Shown one piece after another: positions 41,487 to 53,535 of a stretch of DNA of 64,000 bases; position 1 is the stretch's first letter; the number at the start of each line of letters is the position of its first letter. The DNA is from Octopus vulgaris (Eukaryota). The notes beneath the pieces are model-generated. The model was not told the DNA's origin, searched no databases, and saw only the letters and a program-made list of their open reading frames with translations. A program made the position numbers and the translations under genes. Location of the stretch: positions 10,106,001-10,170,000 of the forward strand of contig OX597834.1 of the NCBI GenBank assembly GCA_951406725.2. The letters are read 5' to 3'.

Positions 41487-41985
41487 GTAGGAGTGGCTGT
41501 GTGGTAAATAGCTTGCTTATCAACCACATGGTTCTGGGTTCAGTCCCTCTGCGTGGCAACTTGGGTGTCTTCTACTATAGCCTCGGTCCGGTGATAAATA
41601 GCTTGCTTACCAACCACATGGTTCTGGGTTCACTCCCACTGCGTGGCACCTTGGGCAAGTGTTTTCTACTATAGCCTCTGGCCGACCAAAGCCTTGTGAG
41701 TGGATTTGGTAGACGGAAACTGAAAGAAGCCCGTCGTATATATGTATGTATATATATATGTGTGTGTGTGTTTGTGTTTGTCCCCCTAGCATTGCTTGAC
41801 AATCGATGTTGGTGTGTTTACGTCCCCGTCACTAAGCGGTTCGGCAAAAAGAGACCGATAGAATAAGTACTGGGCTTACAAAGAATAAGTCCCAGGGTCG
41901 ATTTGCTCGATTAAAGGCCAAGTGTCTTCTACTATAGCTGAACCCGGAAGCATGTGGTTGGAAAGCACATAGCCACGCCTGCGTC
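41487..41985 (+). mobile_element. Rearranged SINE family A (duplicated head, terminal inverted head fragment)
   Basis: Head at 41487-41590, restarts at about 41592; after 41917 the sequence switches to agtgtcttctactatagc and a reverse-oriented head. Confidence 0.75.
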
Positions 41986-41990
41986 CGCGC

Positions 41991-42029
<39 letters not shown>

Positions 42030-42912
42030 CATATATACACATACATACAATATATAGATCGTGCTATATCATTCAGCATTCCACCTCTCGACGAGATTTG
42101 AACTGAGTTCAAATCTCGTCGAATTCAATTTTACTTTTTCTCATTATGAGGTGTCGATAAATTGCGGATCAGTTCAATATTGTAGGTTGACCTTCTCTCT
42201 CCTATTTCTCGCTCTTTCGCTCTCTGTCTGTCTATCTATCTATCTATCTATTTTCTCTCTCTCTCTCTCTTTTCTCGCGTTGTTGTGTTTTTTTTGTGCT
42301 TTCTTGTTTGGATTAACTTTATATATATATATATATCGATGTATCTGTTTGTCCATCTATCTATTTACGTATCTATAGATCTGTCTGTCTGTCATTCAAT
42401 TGGTCATCTGTCATTCTCGTGTCTTTGTAATACTCGACCATTCATAAATCCATTCCATGTCTCAGAAATCGGTTCGTCAAACACTACGTTCTTGATCGAA
42501 ACTGACAAAGCAATTATTCCATTTAAAGGGTAGTTTTGAAGAATTTAGTTGTGTTGGTCAGTAGCGCTCTGCTTCAGATTATTATTGCTGATTATATATT
42601 GATTGGTCTCATTAATTCATTTGTCATAGAAACACTACATGAATATAGTATTTAACCCTTGGCCTGCCTTGTGATACACACGACATATTTCCCTGGCTTT
42701 TAATCAGCAAATTTCATAGGCCTTCTCAGTTTATTACAAGATTCAGAGAAATTTGGAAGTTATGAAAGGAAAAGTTTTGCATTACTCGGAGTATATAAAA
42801 TAAGGGTGAAGTAAAAGTCTGAAAACGAGGATCGGCATTGAGAGAAACTTATGAAAATGCTTTGGATAGGCAAAGGGTTAAATTGTGTATCTAAGAGTTT
42901 TGTAAATAAGGG

Positions 42913-43229
42913 TTTTTTTTTTATGCGCCCCTTTTCAAGCCTAGCAAGGCTCGTGGGCCCGGTTTCCCGGTTTCTATGGCGTATGTGTTCCCCCCAGCTG
43001 AAGGGAACGCCAGTCCATCGCAGCGTTACTTTAAAAACAGGAAGAGAGAGTGAGAGAAAGTTGGGGCGAAAGAGTACAACAGGGATCGTCACCACCCCCT
43101 GTTGGAGCCTCATGGAGTTTTAGGTGTTTTCGCTCAATAAACACGCACAACGCCCGGTCTGGAAATCGAAACCGCGATCCCCCGACCACGAGTTCGTTGC
43201 CCTAGCTACTGGGCCATTGCGCCTCCACA
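42913..43229 (-). mobile_element. SINE family C with an alternative 3' tail and poly(A)
   Basis: Same head and body as 29711; tail gctgcgatggactggcgttccc...gggcgcat(A)n. Confidence 0.85.
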
Positions 43230-44663
43230 AATAGTGTAATTGCACCTGCGAAAAGCATCTGTCAGTTCTTGATAATCTCTAAACAAGAATGTTTATGATT
43301 TAATCAAGAAGGAGAGCTTTGTTTTGGCTCTCAGTTGTAACTGGCTTGAGAAGTTTGTTGGCGTTTAAAATCGGTTTTTTCTCCACATTTTCAGACTTTA
43401 TACCTGTTATTACCATCTGCTACACTATCGTTGTCTATACAGAATGTAATAAAGTCTAATCATCTTGAATCAAGAGGCTACCCTTAGCTTTGTCTACCTT
43501 CCGTTTCGTCTACTTACCACATATGAACAGAGAGGAAAATAAAAAGATATTTTGCTCGCTTCGGCAATTAGACCAGGCGACATTATTCATACTTCCGATC
43601 GAACGTAATGTATGCATAACCTTTAGAGAAATCAGAAGTCTTTCTAATATTGTCAGCTGTAGCCAAATGTTGTGCTAATATATTCAGCCTGTCCAAAAAA
43701 TATCTCTGTAGCTTTCTGTGTAACAGAAAATAACAAAAAATAACAATATAATATTTTTTTAAAAATTGAAAAAAAAAAAAAAAAAAACTTATTCCAATTT
43801 ATAACATTATATTTCAATGTTTTGTCTGACATTTTCTAAAATTAAATTTGGTGGATATTTCTAGATACGATTAATTGAAAGTAGACAGTTTTAATTACAT
43901 CAACTAGAGGTTTTATCATATATTTTGCATGTACTTTGTTTGCAAGGTGTAATTATATTTTATATTTTGTTGTCTATTTTTATGAGTTCTTTAAAGACAC
44001 ATATATATAGATTTCATTTTGTGGTGACTCGTATTTTGTAAGATTTCTTCAATAATTATGTGCTAATATTTAAAAAATGGACATATAAATTCACAAAAAA
44101 ATATATATGCATTTAGACAGATATATCTAGATATCTTTTATAGTTCACACGATGCCAAACTTGTCATCATCAGACGTCAGATATTTTTATTATAATGTTA
44201 ACTATGAATTCCACATTCCATTAAAAGATCGACGCATAGACGTTCTCATTATGGTGAAGCAAAACGATCTACAAATCAAGAGAATCTTTAAAGATTTCAC
44301 CTCATTGTACTGTGAACCCAAACATATGTAACTAATTACAGAAGTATCAATGAAATGATAGTGTGGTTTCATTCCAATCGAAGACAACTTAGATTCTTAT
44401 TCATTTGCAGAAAATAAGGTAGGACAATTACTGTGTTGATCACAGCCTAATGAAGCAGGAAGACATCTCATATTTTGACAATTACACTTTTTTAGTCTTT
44501 AATCCTTTCACTGAAAAATGAGATTTCATGGTTTTTCCAGTAACAATGTTAAATATCTATCAAGTATACAAGTGAATTTTCCGCATATCACATTTCTTCA
44601 TTAAACGTGACATATCTCAACGGAAAATCATTTCAAATGTGATGTTCCTCGGTGAAAGACACA

Positions 44664-45035
44664 TCTTTATATATAAAAGTCAAGTCGTGTGTCTGTCACC
44701 TACGATTTAGATTCCTAACTACTCCCACATTTTGCGGTGCAGTTTAACCAAAACCGGGTATCTTATAGTCGTGATTCATATCGAGCCCTTCTGGGTATTA
44801 GCGCGCGTCTACTATTTAAAAACAAAATTACCATCATATTTTCCATTTTAATGCATTTTTTCGCTATTATATAAGGGAAGTAACTCTCTAAATATGTCTA
44901 CGATGAGTCAACGATTTAAAAAAAAAATTACCATTTTTTTTCCATTTTTAATGCATTTTTTTGCTATTACTCTCTAAAAATGCTTATATAGTTATTTCCC
45001 TTACAAACCCGAGCAACGCCGGGCGATACTGCTAG
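44664..45035 (+). mobile_element. Non-autonomous Helitron
   Basis: 5' TCTTTATATATAAAA preceded by A; 3' GC-rich hairpin cccgagc-aac-gccggg (45008-23) followed by CTAG then T; no TSD; internal imperfect tandem duplication. Confidence 0.85.
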
Positions 45036-45387
45036 TTGGTATATAAAGCTACTTGCCGTAGTTAAAGGTAAAGAAATTTTGAGTGGATTCCGCAGTAAAA
45101 GTGTTAGCAACATGTCATTTGTGAAGAATTCTTGATTCTTCAAATTTTCCCCCATCTTCTCATTTCGACTTCTTCCCAATTCCAAGCGAATACGTGTTCC
45201 ATTATTTCTGAAATCGGAGATATATTCAACAAATCAAGTACTTCCCTTTATGGAATGTCATGTCCCCTTAATCGTGTCTGCTGTTTGAATATATGTGACA
45301 GGCCATTGTGAGTTGTAGTTCATAACTCATTTAGTTTTCACACACATTCACTCGCATACATACACACACAAACTAATATATATATAT

Positions 45388-45783
45388 AGGAGTGGCTGTG
45401 TGGTAAGTAGCTTGCTAACCAACCACATGGTTCCGGGTTCAGTCCCACTGCGTGGCATCTTGGGCAAGTGTCTTCTGCTGTAGCCCCGGGCCGACCAATG
45501 CCTTGTGAGTGGATTTGGTAGACGGAAACTGAAAGAAGCCCGTCGTATATATGTATATATATATATTTATGTGTGTGTCTTTGTGTGTGTGTCTGTTCCC
45601 CTAGCATTGCTTGACAACCGATGCTGGTGTGTTTACGTCCCTGTCACTTAGCGGTTCGGCAAAAAGAAACCGATAGAATTAGTACTGGGCTTACAAAAGG
45701 AATAAGTCTCGGGGTCGAGTTGCTCGACTAAAGGCGGTGCTCCAGCATGGCCGCAGTCAAATGACTGAAACAAGTAAAAGAGT
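45388..45783 (+). mobile_element. SINE family A, full length
   Basis: Family match. Confidence 0.9.
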
Positions 45784-46029
45784 ATATATATATATATATA
45801 TATATAAACACATATATATACACATATATAAACACATATATATATATACATATATATAAACACATATATATATATATAAACATATATATATAAACATATA
45901 TATATATATAGATAGATAGATAGATAGATAAAACATAATAAAATAGGGTAATAACAAATTATTATTACCAGTGGCTTAGCACATAAAACGAATTAGTCAT
46001 TAGACTATATATTATTCATACAGAAATAC

Positions 46030-46180
46030 AATAAGAGGCTTCCAAATAGGAAAGCGTTGTGCTAGAACACAAAAAAAAGGGATAAATTAACGAAAGGATC
46101 GTGAATTTATCCCTTTTTGTGGTCTTGAGATTTCTACTGCTCTTTCTAGCACAACGCTTTCCTATTTGGAAGCTCTTATT
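46030..46180. repeat. Nested hairpin palindrome
   Basis: Outer arms 46030-67 and 46144-80; inner hairpin 46068-46121. Confidence 0.9.
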
Positions 46181-46214
46181 TTAAATAGATAGATAGACAG
46201 TCAGATAGACATAT

Positions 46215-46252
<38 letters not shown>

Positions 46253-47518
46253 GTATACACATAAATATATATGCATACACATAAATATACACACATACAT
46301 ATATATATATATGTATGTATGTATGTATATGCATATATGGGTACAGGACGTCACCAACTGTGTAAACTATATGAAATGCGAAAATAAACGAGTTAAATAC
46401 GCAAACAACGAGAGAAAAACATGGAAAACAGTACAAGTAAACACAGAGATCGACCCTTCGTCAGTTGTCGGCTGTCTATTTACTCCTCATTTCGAACCTT
46501 GTGTCTTGAAAGACATTCTCCCATTCATATACATACACATATACTCTCACTCTCTCTTTCCCTGTTTCTCTCTCCTTCTCTGTCTCTCACTCTCATCCTG
46601 TTTCTCCATCCACTGTCTTTCTTACCCTCTCTCTTTTATTATACTCTCTCTCCCCTCCCCTCCATCATAGATGTGTTCTGATTAAGTGCAACAGTACTAG
46701 TCATATTGGCGATCTTCCCAGTTATATACGTCAGCATATCCTGTTAGTTGTATATTAAATGCTTTATTTTATTTGTTCCGGTATTAAGGGAATTACCTAC
46801 TATTTCTATATAAGTCACTGAGTCGGCAGTTCAGTTTGATCAGCATCTCAAACGAAAATCAGAACTTACAGAAGTGGAACCAATATTTATTATATTTGTT
46901 AGACAGTCAGATAGACTGAGAAAGAGATTTAATGAGATATACTGAGGCTGCATAATTAATACTACACAATGTGTTTATCTCAATAAATGTGTATATCTGT
47001 AGGTATGTGTGTGTAGTAGTAGAGTGTACAGTATGTAGAAATACAGAGAGTGGTCATTTCATTTGGCATAGTGCAACCTATGGTAATACCTACGAAAAAT
47101 GTATGCATGTTCATTTGTGTTAATCTTTGTAAATCTATTTAGGTTCTGTAAAAAAAATTCAAGGGCCCTAATTGTTATCATATTTATTTATATACATCAT
47201 ATTTATATCTTTATTTGAATTATTTGAACATTGTGGTATAAGAAATAAATCATTGTGGTATAAGAAATAAATCGTTCTCAAAAATGGAACTCGAAGTAAA
47301 TAAAGCTATAAACATACCGTATAGAAAATTGGATTTAAAATACCTTGAGTAAAAAAGAAGGTCGAAAGCTGATCATGTAACTCGAACCATAGACTTTTGC
47401 TTCCATCCACGATTTCTTTTTTCACTACAATATTCTACACGCCATAAATTATATCCTCACCAATTTCGAATTTCATCCTTCGAGTTCCTTATGAGTTATA
47501 TCTTATACCTACATTTCA

Positions 47519-47560
<42 letters not shown>

Positions 47561-47633
47561 GTGTGTATTTATGTATGCATCTATATATATTGACAAGGCA
47601 CGTGTATTATACATTCTTCAATTTCTTTTTCAG

Positions 47634-47789
47634 GGGCATTGTTCGAACCTGAGAACGAAGGCCCGAAACTGGCGTTTATGAGTGCAATCGAAAAGGTGAA
47701 TCTTAAGAATGAGATTCTACCTCAGACGTTACTTATATACGACGTTTTGAAGGTTCAACCTCAGGATAGTTTTCAGGCATCAAATTTAG
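47634..47789 (+). CDS. Internal coding exon of an ionotropic glutamate receptor, kainate-type (GRIK-like), start of the amino-terminal (LIVBP-like) domain
   Basis: Acceptor ttcttcaatttctttttcag| and donor G|gtaagt; 156 nt, phase 1-1. Translation (G)ALFEPENEGPKLAFMSAIEKVNLKNEILPQTLLIYDVLKVQPQDSFQASNL parallels the kainate receptor pattern GGIF...ELAFRFAV..IN....LLPNT.L.YD...I...DSFEAS recalled for GRIK proteins. Confidence 0.88.
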
Positions 47790-47932
47790 GTAAGTCGTTT
47801 CCACATATGTCTTCTCATTATCAAGTTCCTTCCGTGATTTCAATTTATTTTCAGGTTTATACTTTTGAAATGTTTCAATATACATCATTACAATTTTGTT
47901 TTGTCTTCTAAAATTGCAAAGCTGAATCTAAA

Positions 47933-48249
47933 TTGGTTGGCATCCTTTTTGTCTCGGGAGACAATGGAGTTGCGCATAAAGTAGTCTAGTCCGGCTTTTA
48001 CATTTCATGTCCTGATACATTTCCTGCTGTGGATGTGTAGTCCTATCCTGGACAAACACTCCCTCTGGCAGGTACCGCAAATGTAGCGAAGACTGTTCCT
48101 GGCTGGTTGTAATGCCATAGTTTCTTGTTGACATCTTTTCTTGTCTTTCCATTTCTCCCCTCTCTCTCTCTGTCACTCCTTTGTATTCCCTCTTTTACGG
48201 TACGTCGCCAGTCTCCACGGTTGCCGGCAACTGCCTCCCAACCACTAAT
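47933..48249 (-). mobile_element. Second copy of the 23691-24110 RTE 3' end
   Basis: Near-identical in reverse complement; TSD atctaaa (47926-32, 48250-56). Confidence 0.85.
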
Positions 48250-48598
48250 ATCTAAAGATATGTAAGAATTAAAAATGGGTCCTCGTAAAATAAATTACGG
48301 TCAGAAAATATTTAATATGGACTATAAATAAAGATAATTTTTTATCATGGAAAAAGCGAACGAAATTGTCCGCATTTCGAGCGAAATATTTCTTCCGTGA
48401 AATATAAAATGGTTTTGATAATGTGGTTCTCCATTCTCTCTCCAATAAAATGCTATGGTTGAAGTGATGGAACTCTTTTACCCATGGGGAAAATCTTAAG
48501 TTTTTGCTTTATATTAGCAGACATCAGACGTATGACAACTTATTCCGACGCACACAAGCACCCCTCATACACACACACACATGCACGCACATGTATAT

Positions 48599-48805
48599 GA
48601 TGGATGGAAGTACTCCGTCGGTTACGACGACGAGGGTTCCGGTTGATCCGATCAACGGAACAGCCTGCTCGTGAAATTAACGTGTAAGTGGCTGAGCACT
48701 CCACAGACACGTGTACCCTTAACGTAGTTCTCGGGGATATTCAGCGTGACACAGAGAGTGACCGCGAGTCCGCTGCCCTAACCACTGGGCCATTGCGCCT
48801 CCACT
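48599..48805 (-). mobile_element. Internally deleted SINE family C
   Basis: Head joined directly to tail; TSD acatgtatat (48589-98, 48806-15). Confidence 0.85.
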
Positions 48806-49070
48806 ACATGTATATACAGCATGCTTGGAAAGGAAATATGCTGAATGACTTCTGGGTATCAGAATGATATCAATAGTCAAACAACTGTCCGAAAACAGTC
48901 ATACTGACCACGTATACTCGTTGTCGGATTCTAGGACAGAATATTTCAGCTAAAATTTTCCATCACATTTCTCACTTTCAGTGCAAATGACTTAACCACT
49001 TTTCATAGGCTGATGATATCCGTGTGGGCAGTCATCTAAAATTTTTTGTTCGTCATGATGCTGACATAAG

Positions 49071-49169
49071 TTCCTTGTCTTTCCTGATGAGAAGACGGCA
49101 TAATGCACCCTTTATTCCTTCGGAATTAAGAATATGCAGTCTTCGAAACATGTATCGAGAATAAAGGAA
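49071..49169 (+). ncRNA. Type I hammerhead ribozyme-like motif with long helix II
   Basis: CTGATGA (49084-90); helix II GAAGACGGCATA/TATGCAGTCTTC (11 of 12 paired); GAAA (49145-48); palindromic ACATGT helix III; imperfect helix I. Confidence 0.55.
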
Positions 49170-49527
49170 TTTTGTTAAATCGTCGTTCGACTCCATTCTT
49201 TCATTTATCTATAGAAAAAAACACACAAATTTCCACACGAAAGCACGTGATTTCTGCCCTTGGCATGTAGCTTCAACCGTGCTTTCTGACATAAATTTGC
49301 TACCCGGGTATCGGTTAACCGAATTATCCATACTAGGATAATTCATTCAACTACTTATATATATATGTATATATATATATATATATATACACGCACACGA
49401 CGGGCTACTTTCAGTTTCCGTTTACCAAGACCACTCACAAGGCTTTGGTCGGTCCGATGCTACAGTTGAAGACGTTTGCCAAAGGTGCCAGTCAGTAGGA
49501 CTGAACTTGCAACCATGAATGACTGCA

Positions 49528-50069
49528 TATGCATATATTTGTCTATCTTTACGTCTATTACACACATACACACACATACATTTATATATATAATAAGTGA
49601 GTTTGTATAGGTTTGTGTGCGCGCACGTATGTTTGTGTGCACTAATGATGCTCGTGTTAATATACAGATAGACACACGCAGCTGTCTCACTCGTCTTAGC
49701 TATCCATTGTCCCCCTAGCATTGCTTGACAACCGATGCTGGTGTGTTTATGTCCTCGTCACTTAGCGGTTCGGCAAAAAGAGACCGATAGAATAAGTACT
49801 GGGCTTAGAAAAGAATAAGTCCTGGGGTCGATTTGCTCGACTAAAGGCGGTGCTCCAGCATAGCCGCAGTCAAATGACTGAAACGAGTAAAAGAGTATAT
49901 GCGATATATATGTCTATCTGTATACTGACACGAACATCATTCATACACACAAACATACTTGCGCGCACACATACATACCTACACAAACTCACTCATTATA
50001 TATATAAATGTATGTGTGTGTGCGTATGTGTGTGTGAGTAATAGGCGTAAAGATAGACAAATATATGCA
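49528..50069. repeat. Local inverted duplication bracketing a SINE tail
   Basis: 49528-49675 versus 49911-50069. Confidence 0.8.
49706..49896 (+). mobile_element. SINE family A 3' half (a diverged 5' part lies in minus orientation at about 49395-49520)
   Basis: Family match. Confidence 0.8.
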
Positions 50070-51099
50070 GACACTGACTCTCTCTCTTCACTCGCATTTA
50101 TATTCTCACTATCTCTAACACACACACGCATACACAGAAAACACACATAAGCACATAGTCTCACAATACAGTGCAATATGCGGATATCATTTAAACGCAT
50201 CTAAGTACAGCAGAGTTACGTCCCTTCATGCCAAACCAATATTACACAATAACGCTACCGATATACATTCCTAAAAACAAACGCTAAATGAACAGCAACG
50301 AGACACAGAACGTTTTACACCTTTACTCGGTTATAGGAAACCATAGAATGGCTTGAGGCGTCAACAATTAACAGAAGTAGATTCTGTACTACATTTGCTC
50401 TGTTGGATATTTTTAGCGACGCAATAATAAATATATCACGCACACAAGCATGCGAGCCCAGGCAAACATACACTCTCTCTCGCAGAAATAGATGTTTAAA
50501 TAGATATCGTTTTATATGATTGCTTCTGCATCTATTTCTTGCACTTTATCTCGCTCTCTGTTTTACTCCTTCTGTCAGGTTTTTTTCCATCCCTGCGCCT
50601 TCCCTTCTACGTGGGTGTGTGTATTTGTGTATACGTTTGTGGAAAATTGTAATATGCAAATGTATAGGCGTGTGTGAGTCTGTGTCTCTCTGTGTATGTG
50701 TGTGTGTGTGTGCTTATATGTATAGACACACACAAAATATAAACAGCCATACACACAAACAAACATGTACGCATGAACCTGCAGAGAGAAAAAGCGATGA
50801 ATAAGAACTGATATATATATTATAACCATTTATATATCATATATGTACACACAAACACACACAGACACTCATACACATACATACATACGTTCCTTCGTGC
50901 TTACATATTTGTTTACATACATACGTCTGTGCATGGGTTAGTGCATACGTATTTATGAATAGGTGTGGGCAATTTTTAATGCGTCTATTTCTCTAAAATT
51001 CTTTTCGAGTACACACGCACACGCGTACACATATGAGAAAGGGAAGAGTGATGGCTAGGGTGAATGAGTGAGTGACAGAGAGAGAGAGAGAAATAGACT

Positions 51100-51223
51100 G
51101 ACTGATAGGTCGATAGATAGATAGATAAATAGATAGATCGACAGATAGATAGATAGATAGATAGATAAATGGATGGTTAGATGGATAGATAGATAGATGG
51201 ATAGATAGATAGATGGGTAGATG

Positions 51224-51254
<31 letters not shown>

Positions 51255-51360
51255 GGGTAGATGAATAGATAGATAGATGGGTAGATAGATGGGTAGATAG
51301 ATGGGTAGATGGGTAGTTAGATAGATGGATTGATAGATCCATAGATAGATAGATGAATCG
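51100..51360. repeat. (GATA)n/(GATG)n tetranucleotide tract
   Basis: Directly visible. Confidence 0.95.
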
Positions 51361-51468
51361 ATCAATATATAAAGATACATACATACTTATATACATGCAT
51401 ACATACAGTATGTATGTGTATATACATACATACTTACAGCATGAGTGTGTGTTTGTATATCTATATAT

Positions 51469-51553
51469 TAGTGGTTCTCAACTCGTTTGAGGTCAGTGCG
51501 CACTTGAACCCCTACAAATAATTGCGGGCGCACCATATACAAATTTCTAAGCT
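51469..51553 (-). mobile_element. Solo terminus of the same hAT element
   Basis: tagtggttctcaactcgtttgaggtcag...catatacaaatttctaagct matches 53536-53600 plus 53758-53778 without the SINE insert. Confidence 0.75.
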
Positions 51554-52408
51554 CATACATACATAGTTCAAAGACGAATGTATTGGGCATAATATCCAGT
51601 AATATGAGCCAAAGCAGTGAATTACGTGAGCCCCAATGACATCACCATGGAAATATCTATAATTTCAGTCACATTTTAATCGCCTTCAATGGGCCTATCC
51701 CTTTAGATTTCAGGGTTTTTTTGGTATAATTTCCATTTCATCTTCTGTTTTTATACAAATACTTCTGTTTTACCGATATCAATTCTATTGAGTTCACATT
51801 CTGTGCTGACATTCCTGTCTTCAGCCGTTCTTATCACGGGTAAGAAAGGGGGAAAAAATGTGTTGTTTTGGATATTTCTTCCTTTCTAACTTTCTAAATT
51901 ATCCTAACGTTATATTTTCCTTTATTTCTTTATCGTCGTTTCCAAAACGGACATTTTCTCTTTTGGTAATTAATACGTTGAATCTGCTATAGATGACATG
52001 CCCAAGCACGTCCATACACACACACGCGCGCACACGAGAGCGAGCGCGTGAGCACTGATTCACCTCATTCACACGCACATCATGATCCACGCCCTCACTA
52101 CCCACATATTTATATACATGTATGTATATACTTATATGTTCATATGTGTGTGGGTGCATGCGTAAATATACAAATATATATATATGCATACACTCACACA
52201 CACATATATATATATATGCATACATATCTATCTATACACACACACGCACATATATATGCGTATATATATATATATATGTGTGTGTGTGTAAAGATAGATA
52301 TGTATGCATGTATATATATAAACATATACATACATGCATATATCTCTATATATATAAACATATATATATATATGCATATATCTCTATATATATAAACATA
52401 TATATATA

Positions 52409-52454
<46 letters not shown>

Positions 52455-52932
52455 CGTGTGTGTGTTTGTGTGTACGTGTGTATGTTTGAATCTATGTATG
52501 TGTGTGTATGTGTACCTGCGTGTATGCATATCCTTACACACGCGCACATGCACGGACGTAGTCATCCATCTAAAGAGTCTTCCTCAATAAGTGCTATACT
52601 GGTCCAACCCTATATCTAAATAAAACAATGGCGAACGACTACGGAAGCATCTAATCTGTCTCTGAGAGTTGATGAAAAAATGTAATGTATAAAGTTTTTT
52701 CGAGTTAACGGATTAATGAAGTGCTGAAAAACTGTTGAATGGGAAAGGAAAACATTTTGGATTACTTTATTTTATCTTGGAAGGATCATTCTCTTTTAGT
52801 GCCTTGCTAGTGCCTTCTAGTAACTTATTCATATAACACACGCACTGGTCTGATTTCCATTCGTTTATTTACCTGTTCTTACTAAAATTTCCGTTGCGTC
52901 TAGCAACCTTTTTAATAGTCGTTGACTCTGTC

Positions 52933-53435
52933 AGTATGAGCAGGGCCTGGAAGAGTAGAGACATCAGACTCGCTACCAAATGCAGATTGGTGAATGCAAT
53001 TGTCTTCCCAATAGCAACATATGGATGCGAGACCTGGACACTAAAGAAAGCTGACCAGAAGAAAATTAATGCAGTCGAGCTTTGGTGTTGGGGAAGACTT
53101 TTACGGATTCCATGGACAGCGAGGCTCACCAATGGAGAATTTCTTAAGCAGATAAGGCCAAAAATGTCGCTAGAAGCTAGGATCACCAAGCATAGATTGG
53201 CATATTTTGGTTATATTATGCGGAGAAAATCCCTGGAGAAGGACATTATGCGGAGAAAATCCCTGGAGAAGGACATCATGCTCAGAATGGTCAGTGGCAA
53301 GAGAGGAAGAGGTGGACCAAGAACCCAAGATACCGGAATGGACATAGCCAATCTGAAAGAAGCGGCCTAGGATAGAACTGACTGGAGGACACTGATCCAA
53401 CGAGTGACCGAGAGTCGACTTCGACTGAGCGTATA
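52933..53435 (+). mobile_element. BovB-like RTE fragment, copy 2
   Basis: Same sequence as 37885-38430 with a 27-nt tandem duplication (IMRRKSLEKD twice) and a small deletion. Confidence 0.9.
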
Positions 53436-53535
53436 GAGAGAGAGACTGTCTGTTATCGGAACTGTGTTTTTGTGCGCATGCGTGTGCGTACGCATACGCA
53501 TATATATGCATGTATGCGAGTGTGTGTATACATAT

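Noticed and set aside
44418-44418. 8-nt candidate microexon tttgcag|aaaataag|gtagga ending at 44418
   Set aside because: Gives a stop codon or frameshift in the phase needed to join the receptor exon.
46455-46500. Minus-strand CTGACGA near a CGAAA
   Set aside because: No helix II can be formed in either permutation.
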